64,000 nucleotides of DNA, taken from Candidatus Latescibacterota bacterium. Its GTDB lineage: Bacteria; Latescibacterota; UBA2968; UBA8231. Made by a program: the position numbers and the translations under genes. The stretch spans positions 1,664,001 to 1,728,000 of the forward strand of contig OZ241362.1 in NCBI GenBank assembly GCA_965200315.1. Reading direction: 5' to 3'. Below, piece by piece: positions 10,091-18,596 of the stretch. The notes under the pieces are model-generated. The model was not told the origin of the DNA. It ran no database searches and worked only from the letters and a program-made list of their open reading frames with translations. Positions within the stretch are counted from its first letter, which is position 1. The number at the start of each line of letters is the position of its first letter.

Positions 10091-10166
10091 GTCAGCCTAG
10101 CTCAGGCACTAGGCAGATACTCATCTGCACTTTTCCACTAACCCGCACACGTAAGGAGAGGTAATC

Positions 10167-11084
10167 ATGCGCAAGATACAGATGATTGCCATTGGCGTAA
10201 TGGCAGTTTCGACGGCCGTTTGGGCCCACGACCCGCCGGGTGAGGTCCGCAACGCGGTCCAGTTCCCGCCCGGCCTCGAGCCCACGATCGATGGCGACTG
10301 TTCCGACTGGGCCGCTGTCCCGGGCGACCAGTACTGGATGTTCACCGAAGACCTCTATCCGCTGGGCGAATTCCATCCCACCGATGGACTCGGCCGCGGC
10401 GAGAACGATGCTAGTTCTTTCCAAACCACGTACCGGGTCGGCTGGAGTGCCAACACGGGCCAGCTTTACTACTGCAACTCCGTGTTTGACGACGTCCACA
10501 ACATCGACCGCCCCGATTCCTACGACTGGTACCTCGACGACTCGAACGAGTACTTCTTCACGACCCGGCACCTGTCCGAGCAGGAAGTAAGAGATCTGCT
10601 CGAAACGAATGTCGCCGCCTATTGGGGCTTCAACTATGCCCTGCCTAAGTTGCCCGACGGTGGCTTCTGGATGGTGATCGGCATGTGCATCGGCTGCGAA
10701 TGGCTGGACAACGGCGACAATGAGTGGTACACCCTAGTACACGGGTTCGAGGGCGAGGAGTTTGGTGAGAGCACCTATCACTACGAGCACCGGATCCAAC
10801 CGATCGACTCTTGGACTACCGGCTTGGGCGAAGACTTCGGGCCTAGTGACATTACCCCTGCAACGCTCAGCGAGGGGCAGACCATCCATATCACCTTTGG
10901 GACCAACGACGACGACGGCGTCGGGCGCGGTGGCCATTGGAGCAGCGGTAGCGGCCTTGTCGGAGGCACTTGGCTGGGCCAAGGCGACTACTTCCTAGAG
11001 CCGATCAACCCTTCCATTAACTGGCCCGATGTGGACACCTCGGTCGAGGCGGAGAGTTGGGGCCGGATCAAGGCTCAGTTCTAA
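10167..11084 (+). CDS. Secreted acidic CBM9/sugar-binding-like protein with C-terminal TSVEAESWGRIKAQF tail
   Basis: Signal peptide ending AVWA. PTIDGDCSDW and YRVGWS..QLYY..FDDVH..DDSNEYF match the CBM9-like pattern. Strong RBS and its own terminator. Confidence 0.65.
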   Translation: MRKIQMIAIGVMAVSTAVWAHDPPGEVRNAVQFPPGLEPTIDGDCSDWAAVPGDQYWMFTEDLYPLGEFHPTDGLGRGENDASSFQTTYRVGWSANTGQLYYCNSVFDDVHNIDRPDSYDWYLDDSNEYFFTTRHLSEQEVRDLLETNVAAYWGFNYALPKLPDGGFWMVIGMCIGCEWLDNGDNEWYTLVHGFEGEEFGESTYHYEHRIQPIDSWTTGLGEDFGPSDITPATLSEGQTIHITFGTNDDDGVGRGGHWSSGSGLVGGTWLGQGDYFLEPINPSINWPDVDTSVEAESWGRIKAQF

Positions 11085-11116
11085 GCCCCAGCTTAGCAGA
11101 GTCTCTTGCAAAACGC

Positions 11117-11158
11117 ACGCTGGACAGGTTCGTTAGCCTGTCCAGCGTTTTTTATTTT
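11117..11158 (+). terminator. Rho-independent terminator
   Basis: Perfect 12-bp stem ACGCTGGACAGG / CCTGTCCAGCGT followed by TTTTTATTTT. Confidence 0.85.
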
Positions 11159-11338
11159 ACTGCTGTTACGCAGCTATCGTCATGCCTGCGAAGGCAGGCA
11201 TCCAGAATGCCCGTTCGAGGCTCGTGCGCTGGACTGGATTCCCGCCCCGTGTCGGGGCACGGGGTGACGTTCTTGCGCGGGAAGGACGACGAGTGGGCTG
11301 CAAGCGGTAGATGCGGCATAAGGCTGCGTAACAGCAGT
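11159..11338. mobile_element. MITE-like element 1 (180 bp)
   Basis: Perfect 16-bp terminal inverted repeats ACTGCTGTTACGCAGC (11159-11174 / 11323-11338), flanked on both sides by TATTTT (11153-11158, 11339-11344). Confidence 0.75.
11179..11287. repeat. REP/RPE-like palindromic unit pair inside MITE 1
   Basis: GTCATGCCTGCGAAGGCAGGCATCCA (11179-11204) and the inverted partner TGGATTCCCGC...GCGGGAAGGAC (11235-11287), which has an extra internal hairpin CCCCGTG/CACGGGG. Confidence 0.65.
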
Positions 11339-11344
11339 TATTTT

Positions 11345-11549
11345 ACTGACGTTCCGCCTGAGCTTCTAGGTGTGGGATGCTTCGCTTCGCTCAGCATGAC
11401 AAACGTCGGCTCTTTCCCGTGCCCTGTCGAAGCCTCCCACACCCCATCTGCGTCCATCTGCGTCCATCTGCGGATCACCTTGTAAATGACTGAGCACCAC
11501 AACGCCGAGCCGAAGCCTCCCACACCCCATACCTGTGCGTAACGTCAGT
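11345..11549. mobile_element. MITE-like element 2 (205 bp)
   Basis: Inverted ends ACTGACGTTCCGC (11345-11357) / GCGTAACGTCAGT (11537-11549) match at 12 of 13 positions and are related to the MITE 1 TIR. Flanked by TATTTT and TATTCT. Confidence 0.6.
11376..11530. repeat. Internal repeats of MITE 2
   Basis: REP-like GATGCTTCGCTTCGCTCAGCATGAC (11376-11400). A 20-bp direct repeat CGAAGCCTCCCACACCCCAT at 11428-11447 and 11511-11530. Three tandem CCATCTGCG(T/G) units at ~11444-11473. Confidence 0.7.
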
Positions 11550-11555
11550 TATTCT

Positions 11556-13445
11556 ATGGAACGCCGGCACCAAATCGGCTTGGCCCTGCTGACCCTGGCG
11601 GCCCTCACCCTGCGGTTGCTCTACGTACTTCAGGCCGACGACAACCCGCTCTTTGCCCATCCCATCGTCGACGCCCGAACCTACGTACGCACGGCCCTGC
11701 ACCTGTCCGCAGGCCAATGGCTGGGGCCCCCGCAGCCGTTTTGGCAGCCGCCGCTGTATCCTTACTTTCTCGGCGGTTTTTTCGCCCTGTTCGGCGAAAA
11801 TTACCACCTGCCCCGGCTCGTGCAGGCGGTCTCCGGGGCTGCGGTCTGCCTACTCGTTTTCGCCTTGGGCCGCCGGGCGTTCTCCGCTCCCGTAGTGGGC
11901 TGGCTCGCCGCGGGCGCGGCCGCGCTGTACGGCCCTTTCCTCTACTTCGAGGGAGAGCTGTTACCCGCCAGCTTGGCGGTGTTCCTCAACGCCCTAGCGC
12001 TGCTTGCCTTGCTGTGGGCCGCGGCCGGCGGTATCGGTCGCTGGCTGATCGCGGGCGTACTCCTCGGCGTGGCTGCGCTGACCGTCGCCAGCGTGCTCCT
12101 CTTCGTTCCCGTTGCCCTCCTGTGGGCGCGATACCAAGCGCGGGCCCCGGCCTCTGCGCTGGGCGCACTGATTCTCGGCCTTACCCTGGTCATCGCGCCG
12201 GTCACTTTGCGCAACCGCGTCGTCGGGGGCGAGTGGGTGCTGATCTCCTACAACGCCGGCATCAATTTCCACCTAGGCAACAATCCCGATTACGACCACA
12301 CCACGACCATCCGCCCCGGGCGTAGCTGGCGGGACCTGACCGACCTGCCTGAGCGGGAGGCCGGCATCACCGCCAAAGGGGCCTCCTCGGGATACTTTTT
12401 CGGCCGCTCTTATGAGTATGCCGCTGCTGATCCGGCAGGCTATGTCCTCCTGCAACTGCGCAAGTTCTATCTCTTCTGGCGCGGCGACGAGATCCCGCGC
12501 AACCTGAACCTCTATTACGCCCGCCACCAGTCCCCGCTGCTACAGGTGCTGTTGTGGATCCGCGGCCTTGCTTTTCCCTTCGGCCTCGTGGGGCCGCTGG
12601 CCCTGACCGGGCTGGTTCTCTACCTGCGGAATTCCCAAGCCCGCTCGCCAGCCGCAGACCTGCTGCTGCTGTTTGCGGCCGCCTACGCGCTAGCGGTAGT
12701 CCTGTTTTTCGTCACCGGACGCTATCGTCTCCCGGCCATTCCCCCCCTGCTCCTATTCGCCGGTTACGCACTGACGCGGTTGCGCTTGTTGCGGGGGCGG
12801 CAACTGGCCGGGAGTCTGGCCTTGCTCGCCGCGCTGGGGGTGGGCCTCAACGCCGGCACCCCGGCCATGGATATGGAGGGCGACAGCCAAGAGCACGTCT
12901 ATTTAGCATCGGCCTATGCCGCCGAGGGCTTGTTGGCCAATGCGCTCCGGCACTACGAGCAGGCACTGGAGCTGGAGCCAGCGCACGAGATCGCCCTCGA
13001 CGACGCCGGGGCCGTGCTGGCGCGACGCGGGAATTTCCGCCGGGCGGCGGCACACTGGGAGCGCCTGCTGCACCACTATCCCGACCGCACCGACGTCCGC
13101 TTTCGGCTGGCCGCGATGAGCCTCGACACCGGCGACTATGCGCGGGCAGAACGGCACTTTGAGCAGCTAACGACCGAAAAACCCGAGCGCACCGTGTTCC
13201 ACGCCCGCCTGGCCCAATCCCGCCGCTATCTGGGCGATCTCGACGGAGCGGCCACGGCCTACCGCCGCGCCCTCAAACTGGATCCACTGGCACTTCCACT
13301 GCATCGGCAACTGGCCCGGTTGGAGCTTGAGCGGGGCAACCAAGCCGCCGCCCTGCCACACGTGCGGGCACTGGAGCAACAGGCTGGTGAGGCCATCCAC
13401 CGCGAGGTGGAAGCATTGTACCGGCGCATGGGCAGGCACCCGTGA
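11556..13445 (+). CDS. GT-C glycosyltransferase (family 39/ArnT-PMT-like) with C-terminal TPR repeats
   Basis: Multi-TM N-terminal region with VDARTY and FWQPPLYPYFL motifs, plus RYRLP and NAGINFHLGNNP; helical TPR-like C-terminus. Start is ATG 11556, since the ORF-track start at 11535 lies within the MITE end. Confidence 0.8.
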   Translation: MERRHQIGLALLTLAALTLRLLYVLQADDNPLFAHPIVDARTYVRTALHLSAGQWLGPPQPFWQPPLYPYFLGGFFALFGENYHLPRLVQAVSGAAVCLLVFALGRRAFSAPVVGWLAAGAAALYGPFLYFEGELLPASLAVFLNALALLALLWAAAGGIGRWLIAGVLLGVAALTVASVLLFVPVALLWARYQARAPASALGALILGLTLVIAPVTLRNRVVGGEWVLISYNAGINFHLGNNPDYDHTTTIRPGRSWRDLTDLPEREAGITAKGASSGYFFGRSYEYAAADPAGYVLLQLRKFYLFWRGDEIPRNLNLYYARHQSPLLQVLLWIRGLAFPFGLVGPLALTGLVLYLRNSQARSPAADLLLLFAAAYALAVVLFFVTGRYRLPAIPPLLLFAGYALTRLRLLRGRQLAGSLALLAALGVGLNAGTPAMDMEGDSQEHVYLASAYAAEGLLANALRHYEQALELEPAHEIALDDAGAVLARRGNFRRAAAHWERLLHHYPDRTDVRFRLAAMSLDTGDYARAERHFEQLTTEKPERTVFHARLAQSRRYLGDLDGAATAYRRALKLDPLALPLHRQLARLELERGNQAAALPHVRALEQQAGEAIHREVEALYRRMGRHP

Positions 13446-15346
13446 GCTCCTTGCACCCAACCTACCGCGCCCTGTTGCTGGGCACCCTCGGCTGCCTGCT
13501 GGTCGGGGCCGGTTCCCAGTACACCGACATGATGCTCAAGCGCTCCGGTTTCACCGGGTGGTACTACACGCCGGGTGCGCTGATCATCCTGTTCCTCGTA
13601 GTACTGGTCGCCAACCCGCTCGCGGGACTCATGCGTCGGCGATGGATGTTGACCCCGGCCGAACTGGCGCAGATGTACGTGATGTGGATCGTCGGCTCAG
13701 CAGTGGCCACCTGCGGCATTGTCTCCTATCTGCTGCCGATGCTGACCAGCGTCGTGTACTACGCTAGCCCAGAAAATAACTGGACCTACGAACTGCTGCC
13801 GTTGATCCCGGATTGGGCCATTCCCAGCAAGGAATTGGGCGAGGTCAAGGATTTCTACGAGGGCGGGGCCGACAGCGTGCCCTGGCGGATGTGGCTTCCC
13901 CCCCTGCTCCACTGGTTGCCTTTCGCCCTCTCCCTGCACATTGCGATGATCGCCATCATGGTCATCCTGCGAAGGCAATGGGTCCAGCACGAGCGCCTGA
14001 TCTTCCCCATGACCCAACTGCCGATCGCCATGATCCAAGACGGGCAATCCCCGGCCCTGATCAAACCGCTGTTCAAGAGTGGGCTGTTCTGGCTCGGATT
14101 CGCTATTCCCTTCTTCATCCAGAGTTACAACGGCGTCAACCGCCACTTTCCCTTCCTGCCCCAGATCGCTATCGGGGGGTATTACCTCTATTTCCTCGAA
14201 GACCAGCTGCGCCTGCGGATCGGCATCAATTTCATGATGATCGGCTTCACGTACCTAGTGCGGCGCGAAGTTTCGCTGGGATTTTGGGTCTTTGCGATCA
14301 TCAACTTCGCCCAAGAGGCAGTGATGATCGTCTTGGGGGTCGAGCGCCACGAACCCCTGTTCAGCCCCTTCTCCCGCGGGGGCACCCTTGCCTCGCACCA
14401 GGGGTTCGGGGCCTTTGTCGTGCTGGCCCTGTTCAGCCTGTGGAACGGCCGCGGCCACATCGCACAGGTGGTGAGACAGGCATTGGGGCGCGGCCAGCGC
14501 GTGGACGACAGCGACGAAATTCTCTCCTACCGGGCAGCCGTGCTGCTGCTGTTGGGTTGTGTGATCTTCATGGGCTTCTGGCTGTGGCAGACGGGCCTGC
14601 CAGCGTGGATCGCGGTGATCTTTCTCTTTCTGGCCTTCATCCTGTTTCTCGGCATCACCCGGATCATCTCCGAAGGGGGCCTGCCCTACCTGCTGGCGCC
14701 GATGGTAGCTTCCGACGTAGTCGTTGGCGGGATCGGCACCCGGGCCTTGGGAGCAACCGGCATCGCCGCCCTGTCTCTCACCTACATGTGGGCCAGCGAC
14801 ATCATCACCTTCGTCATGGTCTCCTGCGCCAACGGGCTCAAGGTGGTCGAAGAGCACGTCAAGCGGGGGCGGCGGTTCATCTTCCCGAGTCTGGTGGTGG
14901 CACTGATCGCGACCATGTGCAGTTCGGCTTGGGTGCTGCTGACCATTGCCTACGAGCACGGCGGGCACAACACCTCCCACTATTTCGCCGGGCAATCGCA
15001 GTATCCCTTTGAGGACGCCTTGGCCCGATTGCGCACCAGTGTGGGGCCTCAGTGGGAATACTGGGGATATATGGCCATCGGCGGTGGAATCATGGGCGGG
15101 CTGATAATGCTGCGCCAGCAATTCGTCTGGTGGCCTCTACACCCGATCGGCTTTCCCATCAGCCTAGTGATTCACAAGATGTTCTTCACGGTGCTGGTGG
15201 CTTGGCTTCTAAAGACCGCGATACTTCGCTACGGCGGTCCCAAGCAGTTCAGCCGGCTGCGGCCGTTTTTCCTCGGACTCATCCTCGGAGACTTCTTCCC
15301 GTTGGCCTTCCTGTTGCTGCTCGACCAGTTGGCGGCGCGGTTGTGA
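13442..15346 (+). CDS. DUF6785/DUF6784-like polytopic membrane protein (putative transporter)
   Basis: Very hydrophobic 634 aa. Motifs YYASPENNW, LRRQWVQHERLIFP, DDSDEILSYR, WWPLHPIGF, RPFFLGLILG. GTGA overlap with the upstream gene. Confidence 0.7.
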   Translation: MSSLHPTYRALLLGTLGCLLVGAGSQYTDMMLKRSGFTGWYYTPGALIILFLVVLVANPLAGLMRRRWMLTPAELAQMYVMWIVGSAVATCGIVSYLLPMLTSVVYYASPENNWTYELLPLIPDWAIPSKELGEVKDFYEGGADSVPWRMWLPPLLHWLPFALSLHIAMIAIMVILRRQWVQHERLIFPMTQLPIAMIQDGQSPALIKPLFKSGLFWLGFAIPFFIQSYNGVNRHFPFLPQIAIGGYYLYFLEDQLRLRIGINFMMIGFTYLVRREVSLGFWVFAIINFAQEAVMIVLGVERHEPLFSPFSRGGTLASHQGFGAFVVLALFSLWNGRGHIAQVVRQALGRGQRVDDSDEILSYRAAVLLLLGCVIFMGFWLWQTGLPAWIAVIFLFLAFILFLGITRIISEGGLPYLLAPMVASDVVVGGIGTRALGATGIAALSLTYMWASDIITFVMVSCANGLKVVEEHVKRGRRFIFPSLVVALIATMCSSAWVLLTIAYEHGGHNTSHYFAGQSQYPFEDALARLRTSVGPQWEYWGYMAIGGGIMGGLIMLRQQFVWWPLHPIGFPISLVIHKMFFTVLVAWLLKTAILRYGGPKQFSRLRPFFLGLILGDFFPLAFLLLLDQLAARL

Positions 15347-15356
15347 AGCAAGCGGG

Positions 15357-17351
15357 CTAGTAGTGGTGGGAGAAGACCGGGACTTTGTTGCCAGTGCCAC
15401 CGACCAGCAAGTCGACCACGAGCCAAAACGCGGAGCAGGTAATCTGCCCCAAGATAAAACCGAGAAAGAGGGGTCGCAGGGTGCGGTAGAGCCGGACCCC
15501 ACCGTACTTGAGGATGAAAGCCTTCAGGACCGATCCCAAGAAGATGCTGAACCAGCTCGCCGAGGTCATGTTGGTGGCGCTGACGGCAAAGCCGATATAG
15601 TGTACGGGCCACCACAGGAAATGGTGCCGGGCCCATATAAGAGCGGTCATGACCGCGCCGCCGATGCCGGTGAACAACAGCCGCGGGCCCATCACGTCGA
15701 AAGGCTCCAGCAGGCTGACGGGGTTCAGAATTTTGTAGGCGGTGAAGCTGGCGGGCCCCTTGGCCATGGCCTGATACGCCCACAGCTCCAGATTGATGCC
15801 ACCGTGCTCGTAGGCGAGGTAGATGACGAGCCAGACCGAGGAAAGCAGGCTGACGAGCATGGCCACGACCATCGCCCAGAACAGGGGAAGCCGGAGTGCT
15901 CCGACGCTCTCGGCCAACTTCATGCCGTTGATGGCCGAGGCCATGAGCAGGATGCGCAGATTGCCGGCCCAGCTAAAGGTCATGGCCAAGCTGAAGATGC
16001 CAGACGACGTGACGGAACCCGTGCCGAGAAAGTTGATGACGATGGGCTGGGACGTCATCTGGGGCCGGATGAAACCCAAGCCGCTCTCGGCGATGAGGCG
16101 GGCCATGAACAGAAAGACCCCAAACGCCACCAGCAGGAAGACGATGGTCACCCACAGCGGCACCCCCGACACGGTGAGCCAAACCGTCGCGTACAGGCTG
16201 CAGACGCCCAGCAGCAGGGCGGCCGCCCGGTAGGAAAGCATCTCGCCGCTGTCGTCAATGGCGTTGGGGCCGCCGGAACGCCAGACTTTGCGGGCGACCG
16301 CCTTGAGGTGATTGCGGGCCGTCCAGATGCCGTACGCAATGAGGGCCAGCATGGCACCCATGCCTTGGTGCGCCAGCATCAAGGTCCCCTCCATGAACTT
16401 CTCGATTTCCCCGGACAGCCGGTAGCCGATGGTGTACTGGAGTCCCATCTGCAGGTTGGCCAGCAAGTGGAACACCCAGAGGCTGGAGGCCAGCGCGAAG
16501 CTGAGGAAGTACGCCAAGCCGAGGACGGTAAAGCTGAGGAGGATTTCGAGGGCACCGAAGTCGCGCAAGGGTACGATGACAGTGTACAGGCTGACCTTGG
16601 GAATGACCGGAAAATAGAAATTCAGTCCGTGAGTACTCATCAAGCAGAACGGCACCAAGAAGCCAACCCACATGAGCGGACTCTTCAGGAAGGGGCCGAA
16701 GCGATCGCCGGGCCGGCCCTCTTCGGTCATCTGCAACGGCAGTTGCACGAGCGGGAAGAGCAGGCGCTCGTGGTCCACCCACTGCCGGCGCAGCAGCACC
16801 ATCAGCGCGATCATCATCAGGTATATGGCCACAATGAAGGTGAGCCAAGCCGCCAGCGGCACCACCCAAGCACTCCAAGGGATGGCCGCGCCTTCGGGCA
16901 GGCCCTCAAAGAAATAGGTGACGGCCTCGCGGTCATGAACCACCAGCCAGCGGTGAATGTGGGGGTGGACGAGCTCGGACCAGTCGTTCTCGGGCGTGGC
17001 GAAGTAGTAAACCGCCGGGAGCATCGGGATGAGGTTGGCCGAAAAGCCCCAAGTGGGAATGGTCGAGGCGATGATGAGCATCGCGTAGATCACGGCCAGT
17101 TCGCCGCGATTGAAGCCCCAAGGCCGATGTACCAGCTTGAGCAACGGATTGAGAAAAGCGATGAGGAGGAAGAAGACGGCCACGGCCCCAGCGGTGATGT
17201 AGTCCGAGGACATACCGGCCGTAGACAGGGCCAGCCGACAGTACGCAAAGCCGACGCTGATGAGCAGGGACAACAAGGCCCCGGCGACGATGCTGCGGGC
17301 AAAGCGCAACGGGGTCGCGCCAACGGCTTGTGGGATGCAGGAAGCGGCCAT
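15357..17351 (-). CDS. DUF6785/DUF6784-like polytopic membrane protein (paralog)
   Basis: Same motifs as 13442: YFATPENDW, LRRQWVDHERLLFP, DDSGEMLSYR, WWPVHYIGF, RPLFLGFILG. Confidence 0.7.
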   Translation of the reverse strand: MAASCIPQAVGATPLRFARSIVAGALLSLLISVGFAYCRLALSTAGMSSDYITAGAVAVFFLLIAFLNPLLKLVHRPWGFNRGELAVIYAMLIIASTIPTWGFSANLIPMLPAVYYFATPENDWSELVHPHIHRWLVVHDREAVTYFFEGLPEGAAIPWSAWVVPLAAWLTFIVAIYLMMIALMVLLRRQWVDHERLLFPLVQLPLQMTEEGRPGDRFGPFLKSPLMWVGFLVPFCLMSTHGLNFYFPVIPKVSLYTVIVPLRDFGALEILLSFTVLGLAYFLSFALASSLWVFHLLANLQMGLQYTIGYRLSGEIEKFMEGTLMLAHQGMGAMLALIAYGIWTARNHLKAVARKVWRSGGPNAIDDSGEMLSYRAAALLLGVCSLYATVWLTVSGVPLWVTIVFLLVAFGVFLFMARLIAESGLGFIRPQMTSQPIVINFLGTGSVTSSGIFSLAMTFSWAGNLRILLMASAINGMKLAESVGALRLPLFWAMVVAMLVSLLSSVWLVIYLAYEHGGINLELWAYQAMAKGPASFTAYKILNPVSLLEPFDVMGPRLLFTGIGGAVMTALIWARHHFLWWPVHYIGFAVSATNMTSASWFSIFLGSVLKAFILKYGGVRLYRTLRPLFLGFILGQITCSAFWLVVDLLVGGTGNKVPVFSHHY

Positions 17352-17465
17352 GCGGCACCGGAGTTTGTATGGGACGAGTTGACGGCCTGCGGAGAAATCG
17401 CCTGCTTGTTTGGAATAAATTAAAGAAGCGACAATTTATGCGTTGTGTCGACGAGGAAGGAGCTT

Positions 17466-18596
17466 ATGACCCAAGACAACCGGACCTATCGCGTCGCCTT
17501 GATCGGCTGCGGCCGCAAGGGGCACGGACACGCCCGAGGGTACGCAGGCAATCCGCGCACCGAGGTCGTCGCGGCCGCCGACCCGGACGCCGACAATCTG
17601 AAGCTGTTTCTGGACTACTTTCCCGTGCCGGGGTATGCCGACTACCGCGAGCTGCTCGCCCAAGAAGAAATCGACATCGCCGCCCCGATCTTGCCGGTGC
17701 AGCCCAATCCGCAGGTCGTCCTCGACTGCTCCAAGGCCGGCGTCAAGGCCATTTACTGCGAAAAGCCGATGGCGGCAAGTCTGGCGGAAGCCGACGCCAT
17801 GGTTCAGGCCTGCGCATCGCGGGGCATTGCCTTTGCCTCGGGGGACGCCTACCGCAACATGCCCCAGCATTGGAAGGTCAAGGGCCTCATAGACTCAGGC
17901 GACCTCGGGGAGTTGTGCAGCATCAATCTGTACCAGTCCACCAACGAGATCTCGGGGGGCGGCTGCCAAGGGCTCAGCGTCCTGCGCCTGTTCGCCGACG
18001 ACGCCGACGTGGAATGGGTGACCGGCTGGTGCCTCGGCGACCCGTTTTCGGACGACGACCAAGGCATGGGCGGGCACATCCGCTTCGCCAACGGCGCGGA
18101 CGCCTTCATCCACACCAAACGCTCGCCGCTCGAGGGTATTGAGGTCGTGTGTAGCAAGGGCGTGTACCATTCGACCTGGAAAAGCGGGCGGCTCTGGCGG
18201 GGCGCGCCTCACGAGAAGCTAGTGGAGGAGGAAGGTTTCTTCGCAGAATTCGGCGACCAAGAAGACTGGATCAACCCCAGCGGTACACGCCAGCGCAGCG
18301 GCATCCAGTCCATCGTCGAGGCCCTCGACCAAGGCATTGAACCCCGCTGTAGCGGGGCCAACATGCGCCAAGTGCTCGAGATTGCCATCGGCTTGCGCCA
18401 GTCGCATCGCGATCATCACGCCCCCGTCCGCTTCCCCATCCAAGACCGCAGCCAGAAAATCATCCCGGCGATAAGCCGCTTTCTTAACAAGAAGGAGACC
18501 CTAGGCGAAAAGCGGTATAGCGAGCAAATCGCAGCGGCGGCCGACAAACCGCTCGGTGGGGCCGCCATGGACCAACGATCAAGGAGGCTACCATGA
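17466..18596 (+). CDS. Gfo/Idh/MocA family oxidoreductase
   Basis: Rossmann motif VALIGCGRKG and CEKPMA motif; ATG 17466 follows GAGGAAGGAG. Confidence 0.88.
   Translation: MTQDNRTYRVALIGCGRKGHGHARGYAGNPRTEVVAAADPDADNLKLFLDYFPVPGYADYRELLAQEEIDIAAPILPVQPNPQVVLDCSKAGVKAIYCEKPMAASLAEADAMVQACASRGIAFASGDAYRNMPQHWKVKGLIDSGDLGELCSINLYQSTNEISGGGCQGLSVLRLFADDADVEWVTGWCLGDPFSDDDQGMGGHIRFANGADAFIHTKRSPLEGIEVVCSKGVYHSTWKSGRLWRGAPHEKLVEEEGFFAEFGDQEDWINPSGTRQRSGIQSIVEALDQGIEPRCSGANMRQVLEIAIGLRQSHRDHHAPVRFPIQDRSQKIIPAISRFLNKKETLGEKRYSEQIAAAADKPLGGAAMDQRSRRLP

Noticed and set aside
11159-11549. Repeat cluster as a CRISPR array
   Set aside because: No regularly spaced identical repeats with unique spacers, and no cas genes; better explained as TIR-bounded elements.
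13813-15012. 399-aa alternative-frame ORF inside the first transporter
   Set aside because: Arg/Pro/His-rich off-frame product with no RBS or domain features.
15363-17423. 686-aa plus-strand ORF antisense to the DUF6785-like gene
   Set aside because: Shadow ORF typical of high-GC coding DNA; no recognisable motifs, while the minus-strand gene has a clear paralog.
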